DNA from: Octopus sinensis
Lineage: Eukaryota
Length of the DNA stretch: 64,000 bases
Direction of reading: 5' to 3'
Assembly (NCBI RefSeq): GCF_006345805.1
Contig: NC_043021.1
Span: 6,448,001 to 6,512,000 of the forward strand
Part shown: positions 63,021 through 64,000 of the stretch, one piece after another
How the letters are laid out: every line of letters begins with the position of its first letter
Numbering within the stretch: position 1 is the first letter of the stretch
The notes under the pieces: model-generated
The model's input: the letters and a program-made list of their open reading frames with translations, nothing else
Database searches by the model: none
Told to the model about the DNA's origin: nothing
Program-made: the position numbers and the translations under genes

Positions 63021-63423
63021 CATACACATATATATGTGTATATATATATATGCATATATATGTGTGTATGTATATATATATATATACATACAGAGAGAGA
63101 GAGAGAGAGAGATCCAAACACGAACGGATATATATAAACACACATATATATATATATAAATGAGTGCATGTATGTATTAGTAGTTAATAATAAATTGATT
63201 CGCCTCCAGGCAACACAATGTTGTAGAGGAAAAGGTGGAGGAAGTTCAAGATGGCTACTGGAGATTGGACTGCTATTGGTCAAGGCAGGTCACATGGTTT
63301 TGTTGGCAATAATATTGAAAAATCAGGGACATCATATACATCAAGTACAAGTCCCAATTTTTAGTATATATATACGTACGTACACATGTATGTGTATATA
63401 TATGTATATATGCATGTATGCAT

Positions 63424-63599
63424 GTGTCGACTCTCGGTTACTCGATGGATCAGTGCCCTCCAGCCAGTTCTATCCTGGGCCGTTTCTTTCAGACTGGCTA
63501 TGTCTATTCCCATGTCACTCTTGATGGTGTCAAGCCAGCGTGTTCTTGGTCGGCCTCTTCCTCTCTTGCCAATGACCATTCCGAGCATTATATATTTGG
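63424..63599 (-). mobile_element. BovB-like RTE LINE C-terminal remnant
   Basis: KYIMLGMVIGKRGRGRPRTRWLDTIKSDMG.....LKETAQDRTGWRALIHRVTESR. Confidence 0.85.
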
Positions 63600-63676
63600 T
63601 TTTTTTTTATAAACATAATCTGTCCTTAAATATCTTCCGCATACTGAATACACACACACACATGCACATGCACACA

Positions 63677-63724
<48 letters not shown>

Positions 63725-63887
63725 CGAGCTTCTTTCAGTTTCTGTCTAACGAATCCACTCACAAGTCTTTGATCGGTCCAAGGCTATAGTAGAAGACTCT
63801 TGCCCAATGTGCCAAGCAGTGGGACTGAACTCGGAACCCGTGGTGGTTGGGAAGCAAGCTTTTTACCACACAGTCACGCCTGTGCCT
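63725..63887 (-). mobile_element. SINE family A, 5' half
   Basis: Consensus match. Confidence 0.85.
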
Positions 63888-64000
63888 ACATGATGCAATA
63901 AAAGTCGCCTAACATTATATAAGTTATACAATTGTGCGACAACAATAAAGTACACAAGTGTCACGTCGCCATTTGTAAAACCTGAGCAGACGTTCCCTCA

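Noticed and set aside
1102-63163. Most long ORFs in the supplied track (poly-LS, YI, HT, VC, MYVC, poly-T/H/P/N)
   Set aside because: Translations of di-, tri- and tetranucleotide microsatellites or of SINE bodies; no domain content or splice context

Overview
Repeat-dominated eukaryotic DNA, very probably from an octopus (inferred from the recognisable tRNA-derived SINE families and extreme microsatellite density; not database-checked). I find no convincing host protein-coding exon; nearly all listed ORFs are microsatellite or SINE read-throughs. The window contains: dozens of tRNA-headed SINE copies from about 6 families (labelled A-E here, with family C split into C1-C3; my own labels); decayed mariner and Tc1 transposases; hAT-like MITEs; RTE LINE ends; four remnants of restriction-like-endonuclease (RLE) retrotransposons (one R4/Dong-like copy sitting inside a (TAA)n tract, two copies of a second family, one CRE-like); several minisatellite/satellite arrays; and a 100-N gap. 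The most notable signal is four unrelated loci carrying minimal type I hammerhead-ribozyme (HHR) folds of the kind known from Penelope-like elements. Two lie in long near-perfect palindromes with 1-nt loops (6109-6501, 35720-36012), one is a core variant inserted in (TA)n (23059-23094), and one lies downstream of a Pol III tRNA-derived head (59243-59566), i.e. a candidate SINE-ribozyme chimera. One SINE family also forms tandem multimers with the same junction at independent loci, including a 10-unit nascent satellite with higher-order structure.
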